64,000 nt of DNA, taken from an uncultured virus (IMG/VR IMGVR_UViG_3300012971_000927). Lineage: Duplodnaviria > Heunggongvirae > Uroviricota > Caudoviricetes. Where the stretch lies: the IMG/VR virus record IMGVR_UViG_3300012971_000927, one strand, 5' to 3'. Below the pieces are notes generated by a model. It saw only the letters and a list, made by a program, of their open reading frames with translations. It ran no database searches and was not told the DNA's origin. A program made the translations under genes and the position numbers. Below, in pieces: positions 16,377-25,894 of the stretch (the first letter of the stretch is position 1; each line of letters opens with the position of its first letter).

Positions 16377-17502
16377 TATAATCGACCGGCATGACTGGAA
16401 TAACCGCCTGGGGTCCGGCAGGCCGCTCCGAGTCAAGTTCGGCATTGACCCCACCAACGTGAGCGTCCATCTGGGCCACTGCGTTCCCTTGCGCAAGTTG
16501 CGCCAGTTTCAACAAGCCGGACATCAGGTCGTGCTTATTATCGGCACCCTGACTGCCACCATAGGCGACCCAAGCGGGCGAGAAAAAACCCGCGAGGGCC
16601 TGACCCTGGATAAAGCCCAGGACAACGCCGTGAATTACCTGGCGCAAGTGGCCAAGTTCCTTGACCTCGACCGCACCCAGGTGGTATACAATCACGATTT
16701 CTTGGACAAGTGGAGCCTGCTTGGGCTGCTGGGCCGGGCGACGGTGCAGCAGATATTACACCGCGAGGATTTCCAACGCCGAATGGTGGCCAGTGAGCCG
16801 ATTAGTATGAAGGAACTGGTGTACCCGCTCATCCAGGCGTGGGACAGCGTGATGGTCCTGGCGGACGTGGAGATCGGCGGCACCGAACAGCTTTTTAATC
16901 TTCAACTCGGCAGGGACATCCAGAAAATGATGGGCCACCCACCGCAGGTCGCCTGTACCATGCCCTTGCTGCGCGGCCTGGACGGCGTGCAGAAAATGGG
17001 CAAGAGCCTGAATAACTATATTGGCCTTGACGAGCCGCCCTTTGAAATGTTCAGCAAAGTGATGTCCATACCCGATAATATCCTGCCTGAATGGTACAGG
17101 CTGCTGACCGACCGCGACCCGGTGTTTCTCCCGGAGAGCATGTTTGCGCTCCAGAAGCAACTGGCGTTTGACATCGTGAGCGATTTGCACCGAATCGACC
17201 AGGCCATCGACGCCCAGGCACAATGGCAGAAGCGGTTCTCTGAACGAGAAGACCCTGACAACCCGCCCGAAGTGACTATCGACGGCCCCGAACACACGAT
17301 TGTCCCCCTACTGCGGGCAGCCGGCTTCGCCAAGTCCAACAACGAGGCCAGGCGTCTGGTGGAGGGCAACTGTGTTTCTCTGGGCGACCGTAACGCCAGG
17401 ATCACCGACCCGCAGTGCCATGTTTACATCACGGACGGAATGATGCTGCGAGCCGGGAGCCGCCGCGTCTGTCGTCTTCGCGTCAAGGAGGCCGGGGCCT
17501 GA
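16348..17502 (+). CDS. tyrS: Tyrosyl-tRNA synthetase
   Basis: VKFGIDPT..SVHLGH, IGDPSGR, YPLIQAWDS, GGTEQLFN, KMGKS, C-terminal S4-like domain. Confidence 0.93.
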   Translation: MMSLDRGFVDIIDRHDWNNRLGSGRPLRVKFGIDPTNVSVHLGHCVPLRKLRQFQQAGHQVVLIIGTLTATIGDPSGREKTREGLTLDKAQDNAVNYLAQVAKFLDLDRTQVVYNHDFLDKWSLLGLLGRATVQQILHREDFQRRMVASEPISMKELVYPLIQAWDSVMVLADVEIGGTEQLFNLQLGRDIQKMMGHPPQVACTMPLLRGLDGVQKMGKSLNNYIGLDEPPFEMFSKVMSIPDNILPEWYRLLTDRDPVFLPESMFALQKQLAFDIVSDLHRIDQAIDAQAQWQKRFSEREDPDNPPEVTIDGPEHTIVPLLRAAGFAKSNNEARRLVEGNCVSLGDRNARITDPQCHVYITDGMMLRAGSRRVCRLRVKEAGA

Positions 17503-18902
17503 TGCTTTACATTGCCGCTAACCGCCTTCCCATCACCGCCGTCAAGCAAGGCAAGGATTATGCCTTTGATGAAAGCCCTGGCGGTGTCGCCACGGGATTG
17601 CGAACGTGGGCCGAGCGGATGCCGGATCGGGAAATCGCCTGGGTCGGTTGGCCTGGTGTTATACCCCGTAGTCGCCGCGACGAACGCCTCCTCCGCGAGA
17701 AACTGCTCGCTCGCAAAGTCCATCCGGTCTTTATGAGCCGGAAGGAACTCGATGCGTTTTATGGTGGCTTCTGCAATAAAACCATCTGGCCCCTGTTTCA
17801 CTACTTTACTCTCCATGCCACCTACTCCCCGGTGGATTGGGAGTGCTACCGGAAAGTCAATAAAGACTATGCCAATGTGCTGCTTCCGTTGCTGAAGCCC
17901 GGCGACACCGTGATGGTCAACGACTACCATCTGCTGCTCCTGCCCAAGCTGTTGCGCGAGGGCGCGTCGGACGTATCCATTTATTTCTTCCTGCACATTC
18001 CTTTCCCCACGTTTGAGATATTCCGGCTGCTGCCCAACGCCTGGCGGTTGGATATTCTGCGAGGCATGGTGGGTGCCGACGTGGTTGGTTTCCACACTAA
18101 CGACTACACGAGTTACTTCCTTCAGTGCGTTCAGAAACTTCTCGGCCACGAAATCCGCACCGAAGGCAACATCTACCAGATCAACGCTAACCCTCATGAG
18201 GTCAGGGTCGGGACGTTTCCCCTGGGCATCGACTTCGAGCGATTCGACACGATGGCTCGCAAGCAAGAAGTGATTGCCCAGGCGTCGGAAATTGCCGCGA
18301 AGGCCAAGGCGGCGCAAATCATTATCTCGGTGGACCGCCTGGATTACACCAAGGGCATCTACCAAAGACTGAAGGGCTACGAACTATTCTTGGAACTCAA
18401 CCCTGAGTGGCGGCAGAGGGCGACCCTGGTGATGCTGGTGACGCCCTCCCGCGAGGCGGTCGAGCATTATCAGCAAATGAAGCGGCAGATTGACGAAACC
18501 GTTGGCTCGATCAATGGACGTTTCGCCACGCTGGACTGGACGCCCATCCTTTACCAGTATAAAACCCTGCCCCTGGACCTGCTGACGCCTTATTACTGTG
18601 CCAGCCATGTCGCGTTGGTGACGCCGATTCGGGACGGCATGAACTTGGTTGCCAAGGAATACATTGCCTCGCACCCGGACAATAAAGGGGTGCTGATTCT
18701 AAGTGAAATGGCCGGTGCCGCCAAGGAACTGCGCGAATCCCTGCTCATCAACCCCAACAGCATCGAGGAGATCGCCGCCGCTCTCAAGCAAGCGGTGGAG
18801 ATGCCCGAAGCCGAGCAAATCCGCCGCAACGTGGCCATGCGCAAACGCCTGCGGCGTTATAACGTGTTCAGGTGGGCCAAGGACTTCTTTGAGGCGCTGT
18901 GA
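17502..18902 (+). CDS. otsA: Trehalose-6-phosphate synthase (GT20)
   Basis: ANRLP, GGVATGL, WVGWPG, FFLHIPFP, VDRLDYTKG, RDGMNLVAKEY, LSEMAGAA. Confidence 0.93.
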   Translation: MLYIAANRLPITAVKQGKDYAFDESPGGVATGLRTWAERMPDREIAWVGWPGVIPRSRRDERLLREKLLARKVHPVFMSRKELDAFYGGFCNKTIWPLFHYFTLHATYSPVDWECYRKVNKDYANVLLPLLKPGDTVMVNDYHLLLLPKLLREGASDVSIYFFLHIPFPTFEIFRLLPNAWRLDILRGMVGADVVGFHTNDYTSYFLQCVQKLLGHEIRTEGNIYQINANPHEVRVGTFPLGIDFERFDTMARKQEVIAQASEIAAKAKAAQIIISVDRLDYTKGIYQRLKGYELFLELNPEWRQRATLVMLVTPSREAVEHYQQMKRQIDETVGSINGRFATLDWTPILYQYKTLPLDLLTPYYCASHVALVTPIRDGMNLVAKEYIASHPDNKGVLILSEMAGAAKELRESLLINPNSIEEIAAALKQAVEMPEAEQIRRNVAMRKRLRRYNVFRWAKDFFEAL

Positions 18903-19639
18903 ACGACTGGTCCGGTCACCCCGTCGAGCCACTGCTATATGCGATTCGGGATGGCTACGCCGACCCGGACGATGCGGTGTTCCAAGAAGCGTGCTACGCC
19001 GGGGTGCCGATTCTCCTCTACCATTATCAGTTCATTTTGTCGCTCCAAAATCGCTACTCCAGGCTGCTTTTCCATACCAGGGATTGCTGCTACCTGCACG
19101 CTTTGTTCAAGCAATTGCACCCTGGGGTGGACTGTGAGCTTCTGTACGCCTCGCGGTCTTGCTACCGACGCGGCAGCCCCGATTTTGTCGCCTACGCCCT
19201 GGGGAGGGTGCCCGATAATGCGATGATCGTGGACATGCACGGCTCCGGCGAGGCCCCGGTCAGTTTTTTCGCTTCGCATGGTCGCAAAGTCACGCCGGTA
19301 TTTTTTGAGCGTTACTTCAAGGCCGATGACCCCGGTTACCCGACGTGCGTTGGATCATACAAGCTGGGCGGCGTCCCGGCTTGTATCGGGGGCTATTCGG
19401 AATGTCTCAACTACGTTGATTTCGGCAGCGTAAAGGATGTCCATAACGGGCAGCCAATGTTTGCGGCAGTAGAATATGACCCGCTTGTGGTACGCCCGAT
19501 ACAATATTGCGTGGAGCAGCTACTCAATTATTTGCAACGGCACCCAGCACCGAACATGGGGCCACCACGGACTAACGTGCTGCGCCACTATTGCCAGTCC
19601 AGAGTGCTGCTGCCCTACCACAAAGTAACGCATGATTAA
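18899..19639 (+). CDS. Hypothetical protein of the glycosylation island
   Basis: LLFHTRDC..L, LYASR, IVDMHGSG motifs; GTGA overlap with otsA. Confidence 0.6.
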   Translation: MNDWSGHPVEPLLYAIRDGYADPDDAVFQEACYAGVPILLYHYQFILSLQNRYSRLLFHTRDCCYLHALFKQLHPGVDCELLYASRSCYRRGSPDFVAYALGRVPDNAMIVDMHGSGEAPVSFFASHGRKVTPVFFERYFKADDPGYPTCVGSYKLGGVPACIGGYSECLNYVDFGSVKDVHNGQPMFAAVEYDPLVVRPIQYCVEQLLNYLQRHPAPNMGPPRTNVLRHYCQSRVLLPYHKVTHD

Positions 19640-20540
19640 GATAAACAGAAGTACCTCCTGGCCGCATCACCGCAGTGGTTGGCGGGTTTGTGCCGAATCA
19701 CTAAAACCTTATCACACGCCAGATGGCATTTTATTTGTTGATTATCTTGAAGAATATCTTCTCTTCGGACAGGTGATCGGAGAGCCGTGGATTGGTGTCT
19801 TGCACAACGCGATCCGCCATCCGCGCCCCTTCGTCAGCCAATTATACGGCGAGCCGGCGGACATCGACCTCGAACGAATGCTACAACACGAGTTTTGGAA
19901 GGCGAATTACCCTTTGTGTCGCGGGGTTCTCTGTCTGTCCAATACCAGTGCCGAGTTCCTGCGGCCTCGCCTGGGGGTGCCGGTGTTTGCGGCCCTGCAC
20001 GCGACCGGGGAACCCGATTGTTACTTCGACTTCGACAAATTTGTAGCCAACCCTGTCAAAATGGTTTTCCTCATCGGCCACTGGATGAGGAACTTCCAGG
20101 CGTTTTACGACCTCCAGACCCCGTTGAAGAAGTGCATGTTCTGCGTGCCCACCACCTGCGATTATCGCTTGCTGGATAGCATTATAACGATCAACTCCAG
20201 CGTCGAGCGTTTTTACCGCCAAACCGACGAGCAGTACGACCTCCTTCTCGGCCAGAACCTTGTATTCCTTAATTTGTTCGACTGCGCCGCCTGCAACACC
20301 GTGCTGGAGTGCATTGTCAGAAACACGCCGGTCCTGGTCAATCGTCTGCCGGCCCTGGAAGAATACCTTGGCCACGGCTACCCCTTGTTTTATAAGACCT
20401 TGGACGAGGCGGGCAAGATGAGCGCCGACTTCTCGCGGATCAGGGCTGCTCACGAGTATTTGGTGGCTTTGCCCAAGGAACGCTTCAGCCCGGCCTATTT
20501 CGGTCGGACAGTGGCGGGCCTGATTCGGAACGCCTCGTAG
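19632..20540 (+). CDS. Putative GT-B glycosyltransferase
   Basis: HHRSGW, IGHWMRN, NTVLECIVRNTPVLVNRLPALEEYLG. Confidence 0.6.
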   Translation: MIKINRSTSWPHHRSGWRVCAESLKPYHTPDGILFVDYLEEYLLFGQVIGEPWIGVLHNAIRHPRPFVSQLYGEPADIDLERMLQHEFWKANYPLCRGVLCLSNTSAEFLRPRLGVPVFAALHATGEPDCYFDFDKFVANPVKMVFLIGHWMRNFQAFYDLQTPLKKCMFCVPTTCDYRLLDSIITINSSVERFYRQTDEQYDLLLGQNLVFLNLFDCAACNTVLECIVRNTPVLVNRLPALEEYLGHGYPLFYKTLDEAGKMSADFSRIRAAHEYLVALPKERFSPAYFGRTVAGLIRNAS

Positions 20541-21316
20541 GCCCACCCCTTGATGACCTGCATGAAACAATTCTTGCTGTCCACCTGGACCTGGGGGTAC
20601 AGTTTCTTATAAACCAAATGGCACACTAGCTGGTCATCCGTGTCCGCCTTGACACTCTGTAGCTCCAGGGCGTCGGTGCCGTAGCGGAGGCGAACCTGCT
20701 CCTCAAAAAACTCCTGCGTGGGGAACAACTGCCGCCAGTTCACCGCCGTGTATTCTGGCATAAAGCGCTCCCGCAGGAAGTCGGTGCGGGCAATGAACAC
20801 CCCGGAGTTTAGAAAGCACGCCTCGTCGGGCACCACTTGTTTCTCAAAACCATACGCAGAATGAAGCGGACCCAGGTGGGGCCAAAAGGTCTTTTCGCCA
20901 TTGAATATGATGCCGGCCTGGTCCTGCTGGCCAAACCACTTTACTAGGGGCCTCAAGTCATCCAGTACCAACACGTCGAAAGCATCCAGGCCGATCACGA
21001 ATCGCTGCTTGATATGGTCGAGAGCTTTGCCCAGCTTCGTGAACTTTTGGTAATTGGTCCACTGTTGCGGGTCGCCTTTGATCTCGTAGTACCTGATACC
21101 AAGCAGTTGCAGGCACTTTTGCAGCACACTCGTATTGTCGCTGGTGTTCCAGGTGACTATGGCCGTGTCAGGTGGGTTGCCGAGGGATCGCGGCTCCTCA
21201 GCGAAAAGAACCGAGCAAAGGTGGTGAAACAACTGCTCCAGGTCGGGGTGGAATCTCATTCCCGGTGCGTGGACGATGATCGGGGACGTATTGTAAATCA
21301 GGTTGTCGAATAACAT
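20495..21316 (-). CDS. PLOD/LH-type GT-A glycosyltransferase
   Basis: GLDAFDV, FNGEKTFWP, FLNSGVFI, DDQ motifs. Confidence 0.7.
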   Translation of the reverse strand: MLFDNLIYNTSPIIVHAPGMRFHPDLEQLFHHLCSVLFAEEPRSLGNPPDTAIVTWNTSDNTSVLQKCLQLLGIRYYEIKGDPQQWTNYQKFTKLGKALDHIKQRFVIGLDAFDVLVLDDLRPLVKWFGQQDQAGIIFNGEKTFWPHLGPLHSAYGFEKQVVPDEACFLNSGVFIARTDFLRERFMPEYTAVNWRQLFPTQEFFEEQVRLRYGTDALELQSVKADTDDQLVCHLVYKKLYPQVQVDSKNCFMQVIKGWAYEAFRIRPATVRPK

Positions 21317-22272
21317 TCCAGTTTCCTTAACCCTCTGGCCAGGCGTTCCGCAAACGTGTCCGCCGAATATTGTGCGTATGATTCTTGGGCAATTTGCCGA
21401 CTTCTGCCCTCATTATATGTGTTCCAGAATTCAACGATCATATCCGCACACAATTGGTCACTAAAGTACAGCGACAGCACTACGCCGTTCTGGAATTGCC
21501 TGGTGGTCAGGATGTTAAAGTTCTCGGCAAACGTGATTACCGGATGGCCCAATTGTAGGTTCTCGTACACGGAATAGCCGTGGGTTTCCTGGTGGTGGCA
21601 AAAGAACAGACTGGCGGACTTATAACCCTCGATAAGCTGGAAGTAAGGCATCCGGCTGGTGCTGAGGGTTTTGAAGGGCAAGTGCGGGTCGCCATGCGAA
21701 CAGAATGTGATGATCTTGAAGCCGCGCTGTTCCAGAATTTGACAAATGCGCACGGCTTTCATGTAACTGAAGACATGCTGAAGGGTATGGTCCTTCTCGC
21801 CCAGGGTGAAGCGGTGCGGCTCATCGAGGAAAATCATTGCTGTCTTGGCAAAGGGTGCAGGCTGGAGGTAGTCCTGCATCCCTCCCAGGGGCACCACCAC
21901 CATGCCCGGCGCATTTATTACATCCAGCACCGTATGGTAATACATTTTTTGGGGGTCGAACGGCTGTAAATGGTTGACGACGTATGCGTTGCCGGCCACC
22001 GTCGCCGCTCGTTCGATATACTTGGCCCAGGCCGAATAGAACAGGCAATTGGGCGGTAGGTCGGGAAAGTTCGGGTCGAAACAGAAATAATCGGACACCA
22101 GCACTGGCCCGTCCCGTGGACAGTCTTCGAGCGGGACCACCGGCACCCCGCCCTTCTTGGCCGCGTAATACCAGCGAGCCGCAAAGATGGCAAAGTCGGT
22201 GTGGTTTTTGGACAGGAAATCTTCCACCCCCATTGCATCGAGTTCATCCAGGTACGGAATTGCGAATCTCAT
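21298..22272 (-). CDS. Putative GT-B glycosyltransferase
   Basis: YKSASLFF...ETHGYSVYENLQLGHPVI (GT4-like ExFG..xxE motif). Confidence 0.55.
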   Translation of the reverse strand: MRFAIPYLDELDAMGVEDFLSKNHTDFAIFAARWYYAAKKGGVPVVPLEDCPRDGPVLVSDYFCFDPNFPDLPPNCLFYSAWAKYIERAATVAGNAYVVNHLQPFDPQKMYYHTVLDVINAPGMVVVPLGGMQDYLQPAPFAKTAMIFLDEPHRFTLGEKDHTLQHVFSYMKAVRICQILEQRGFKIITFCSHGDPHLPFKTLSTSRMPYFQLIEGYKSASLFFCHHQETHGYSVYENLQLGHPVITFAENFNILTTRQFQNGVVLSLYFSDQLCADMIVEFWNTYNEGRSRQIAQESYAQYSADTFAERLARGLRKLECYSTT

Positions 22273-22952
22273 ATAATCGGCCCGAAGATTTCCTTCGACA
22301 GTTCGTATACCTCGCGGTCACGCATCACCTTCTGAATGAATTCCTGGTCATCCGCGAATTCTTTCCAGCGATCCAGCACGGCCATCTCCTGTGCCCGCCC
22401 CTGATACTGCAACCCATCGAAACTGCTGCCTTCCCAATAGTGGGGGACAAAGTTCAGCATATCGTCGTTGGTCTTGGGCGCAAATTCTGTTGCCACCTTG
22501 CAGCGATACTCCCGGTCGCTGAACCAGGCATTGTAATTGACTTTCAGCACATCCGAAAGGATGGCGGGCCGCAAATATTCCCTGGCGAATAACTTCCACA
22601 GTAACACGTCTGAAAAGAAGATTAGCGCTCTCCCATCCAAGGCACGCTGTTTCTTGGTCCTGCTGGCGAACAGATTGTAGGGATCGCGGAGGCAGAGGAC
22701 GTGGCGGGCGGCGAGGGGTATCGGGGTCAGTTGTTCTTCAAAGGAGAATATGGCACAAGCTGGTCCTGGCTGCTGGCGGATTTGTGTTATTTCATTATTG
22801 TGGTATACTCCCGGCACCGGCGTGGCCATGTACCCTGGCAATGCGGAAAACTGGCAATTGTTATAATGCCAGACGTTGCCAAAGTGTGAGCCGATCCAGT
22901 AGAGGATGGGGTGGTGGCCGCTCCGACTCATACCGAACAATTGAAAATTCAT
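22269..22952 (-). CDS. Sulfotransferase-like protein
   Basis: GMSRSGHH (5'-PSB-like) and LRDPYNLFAS (3'-PB-like). Confidence 0.6.
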   Translation of the reverse strand: MNFQLFGMSRSGHHPILYWIGSHFGNVWHYNNCQFSALPGYMATPVPGVYHNNEITQIRQQPGPACAIFSFEEQLTPIPLAARHVLCLRDPYNLFASRTKKQRALDGRALIFFSDVLLWKLFAREYLRPAILSDVLKVNYNAWFSDREYRCKVATEFAPKTNDDMLNFVPHYWEGSSFDGLQYQGRAQEMAVLDRWKEFADDQEFIQKVMRDREVYELSKEIFGPII

Positions 22953-23746
22953 GACAGATAATTCCCCATATGGACCTTATTCTTTCCTTGGAAGTGCAGA
23001 GCGTGGAACTTTACAAGTCGTTGGAGTTTTGTGCTGAAGCAGTATGGCATTCCATCACGCATGACGATCTTTTTTCGCCCCTGGTCCATTTCAAAATACG
23101 CTCCCGGCAAGTTGATGCAGTGGTCATAGGTAGCGTCGTCAATAATGGTCATCATCTCCCCCACCTTGCCGGGTCCGCCGCCGACATGGGCATGGTAATG
23201 GAAGAAGTCGAAGTATGCCATGTCCGTTATGCCGCCGCCAAGGCCATGTTTGGTGCGGATGTGGTAATGCGAGGCTATCTTCTCGAAATCATAGCCATTT
23301 TGATTGCGGAAGGTGGCGACAAAAAAGGTCACGAACCGATCCAGGCCGGTTTTCGTGAAGAAGGAGCAGACCGGGGCGGCGCGGTGCGCGAGGGTGAGGT
23401 CGAACTGCTGGTATTTGGGCCATTCCTCATTAACGTTGACGTACAGCATCACGTCTGAGTCGATGTAAAAGACCAACGGCACGCCAGCTTGCTGCATGTA
23501 GTTCTGAAGTACCAGCCAACGTTGGAAGCAGAACAGACCGTAATCATACGAGTCGGTTGACAGGTGCGTGTAGGACTTCTGGAAGTCATCACAACCGCCC
23601 CAGCATGACTTTAGGTCGATATATTCGGTGTCGGCATTATAACGATGATCGCTGATGAGGACAACACGGTTGCGTTTGCGGGCCTCCTCCAGTGAATAGT
23701 TCAGGTAGGCGTCAAACCCCTGATGAATCAGCACGACGGGTATCAT
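22949..23746 (-). CDS. GT-A glycosyltransferase (DXD)
   Basis: CFQRW, FYIDSDVML, ITDM, LHFQGKNK. Confidence 0.65.
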   Translation of the reverse strand: MIPVVLIHQGFDAYLNYSLEEARKRNRVVLISDHRYNADTEYIDLKSCWGGCDDFQKSYTHLSTDSYDYGLFCFQRWLVLQNYMQQAGVPLVFYIDSDVMLYVNVNEEWPKYQQFDLTLAHRAAPVCSFFTKTGLDRFVTFFVATFRNQNGYDFEKIASHYHIRTKHGLGGGITDMAYFDFFHYHAHVGGGPGKVGEMMTIIDDATYDHCINLPGAYFEMDQGRKKIVMRDGMPYCFSTKLQRLVKFHALHFQGKNKVHMGNYLS

Positions 23747-25167
23747 AGAACATTTACGTTCGCCACTTGTTGGGCCACCTGGCGAGCCTGGTCCACCACG
23801 GTCTTGTCGAGACTGTAAATCGACATCCCCAGCCACAGGAAGGGCTTTTCCGGGTTGTGCAGCGTGATGCCGTGATAATCCCGGTGCGCATCGAAAACTT
23901 GTTTCAGGAAGTTGGACCCCCAGACGTGGCGCTGGTCCTGGTTATACATGACGGGGCCGGCGTGCTTCCCTGGTGGCATGGTATCATGGGCAATGATTGT
24001 TTTTACCTTGTGGTGCAGCAGCAACATGATCTCCCGGCTGACAGCAGGCAACGAATGGTCGCCGTCCACGAAGATCAAATCATACTTGCCGTCAATAATC
24101 TCCTCGGACCTGGCCTGGAGGAAGGTCACCGGATGCCGTTCGGCCATTTTGCGCACCTGGGGCTTGATGTCGATGTCACAAACGGTCAATGAGAAATTGG
24201 CACCGTGGTCCAGCGCGGCCAGGAAGGCGGCGGTTGAGTAGCCGTTATAACTGCCGATTTCCAGAACGTTGGAGTGTAGGCCGAGTTTGAGGATGTGGTA
24301 CAACACCATCCTCATTTCCGGGCCTACGGACCACCATGTATCCATCTCCGGGAAGGTAACGTCGGCCTGCAAGAAAGACGGACTCTCGTGCGGGGTGCTT
24401 TCGAGGCTGCTGTTCTGGCCGACGTGTTGTACCAACGAGTATTTCGGGGTAAAGATCGGGATGCCTTGGTCTTCAGCGAACTTATTCAAAACAATGTCTC
24501 CTTTGATTTCATCAGCGAAATCTTCCATCTGTAAAGCCTCCTTCCAGAATTGTTTCGTCCTTGCCAGGACGCGGTTAGGGTAATATATGCACTGCGTCCC
24601 CCAGAAACAGAGGTAGGGGAATAGGGAATAAGGTCGCGTGGTCCTGGTGGTTACTAGGGTGCCACTGTAGAGAGTCAGGAAATAGTCGTGATGGCGGTCA
24701 ACTTGCTCTATTTCGGTGATAATCCGCTCCATGTCGCCCTGCCAGGAGTCGCAGAAGATGGTGTCGTCCTCGACCACCAGGATATTATTGGACGACACGG
24801 ACAACGCTCTCAAGTAGTTGTGGCAGGAGAGCCAACTTACGGGTTGGTGCTTGATGGCCTCCCACTCATCGGCTCCGAGTGGGACGATGTGGATGCGGCT
24901 GTGGTGCCTATAAACCTCTAAATACCGAGCATCCGGCCTGCCCACGACGAGAAAAATGTCGCCATCCACGCCGTTCATCAGTAGGCTGGCCAGGGTGCGG
25001 TGTATGCCCTCCCTGGGGATTGTCACGATGGCGATGTCGGTGACGGGATAACGAGCGGGCGCTGGGGATTTGCCGACCGGGGGTGTGGTATCCTTGGGCA
25101 GTTTGCAGACCAGGCCGGTTCCCGGCACCGGGTTGATGTCCCTGGTTAGCAACCTGTGCTTCTTCAT
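23743..25167 (-). CDS. Glycosyltransferase fused to class I SAM methyltransferase
   Basis: N-terminal LVVEDD...VQHVG; C-terminal VLEIGSYNGYST, DLIFVDGDHS, IAHDT. Confidence 0.8.
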   Translation of the reverse strand: MKKHRLLTRDINPVPGTGLVCKLPKDTTPPVGKSPAPARYPVTDIAIVTIPREGIHRTLASLLMNGVDGDIFLVVGRPDARYLEVYRHHSRIHIVPLGADEWEAIKHQPVSWLSCHNYLRALSVSSNNILVVEDDTIFCDSWQGDMERIITEIEQVDRHHDYFLTLYSGTLVTTRTTRPYSLFPYLCFWGTQCIYYPNRVLARTKQFWKEALQMEDFADEIKGDIVLNKFAEDQGIPIFTPKYSLVQHVGQNSSLESTPHESPSFLQADVTFPEMDTWWSVGPEMRMVLYHILKLGLHSNVLEIGSYNGYSTAAFLAALDHGANFSLTVCDIDIKPQVRKMAERHPVTFLQARSEEIIDGKYDLIFVDGDHSLPAVSREIMLLLHHKVKTIIAHDTMPPGKHAGPVMYNQDQRHVWGSNFLKQVFDAHRDYHGITLHNPEKPFLWLGMSIYSLDKTVVDQARQVAQQVANVNVL

Positions 25168-25179
25168 GTGTTAAGTGAG

Positions 25180-25881
25180 CTAATACTGCTCGATTTTGAA
25201 ACCCTGGGGTTTGTTCCAGGCGTTATAGTGGATCAGGTCTTGCATGGCGGCGCTGAGGTATTCCGCAGTCAACTCGGCCATGCTGTAGTCGTTGCGCAGG
25301 TCGCGGACGATTTCGATTTGCATGGACTGAACACGGGGGTCCGCATAGTGCTTGCGGAATAACTGGTTCATGTTATTGCGGGTCCATCCTGACATCATGC
25401 CACCGGCCCGCCCCTCCCAGACCGTCAGGCCCGCCTGTTGCATAAGGAAAATAAAAAGGTCTTTTCGCCAAAGTTCGCAGCTATATGAAGCCGGCGTGCC
25501 AGCACCGTAGCCGATAATCATGTCAAGCTGGCCCTCGCCGGTTTTCTGGCGTATGTCGTTGGACATGCCGTGGATCATGAACATCAACATGCCGCCGTGT
25601 TTTTTCAAAATTCGGCTGCGAAAGCGCAGGATCGGGTCGAGAAACTCGTCCTTGACGACCTCCTCCATGTGGCTGAAGTTATTGCAGTCGGCTTTGTCGC
25701 TGAAGTAATCAACGTGTTCGCAACGTTCCCACCCTCGGTTGATGACGGCATAGCACTTCAGGACACCGGCGGCATGTTCGGCAACGTGATCGGTGTTCAC
25801 GTCGTCACATTTCGCCCCGTGCGGCGCGACCAGAAGGATCGGTGCTTTGCCTTCGATAATGCTGACACGTTCCGTCGCCAT
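25180..25881 (-). CDS. N-formylglutamate amidohydrolase/Zn-peptidase-like protein
   Basis: ILLVAPHG, MIHGM, SMQIEI; RBS AGGAGG before ATG 25881. Confidence 0.55.
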   Translation of the reverse strand: MATERVSIIEGKAPILLVAPHGAKCDDVNTDHVAEHAAGVLKCYAVINRGWERCEHVDYFSDKADCNNFSHMEEVVKDEFLDPILRFRSRILKKHGGMLMFMIHGMSNDIRQKTGEGQLDMIIGYGAGTPASYSCELWRKDLFIFLMQQAGLTVWEGRAGGMMSGWTRNNMNQLFRKHYADPRVQSMQIEIVRDLRNDYSMAELTAEYLSAAMQDLIHYNAWNKPQGFKIEQY

Positions 25882-25894
25882 ACCCCTCCTCATG

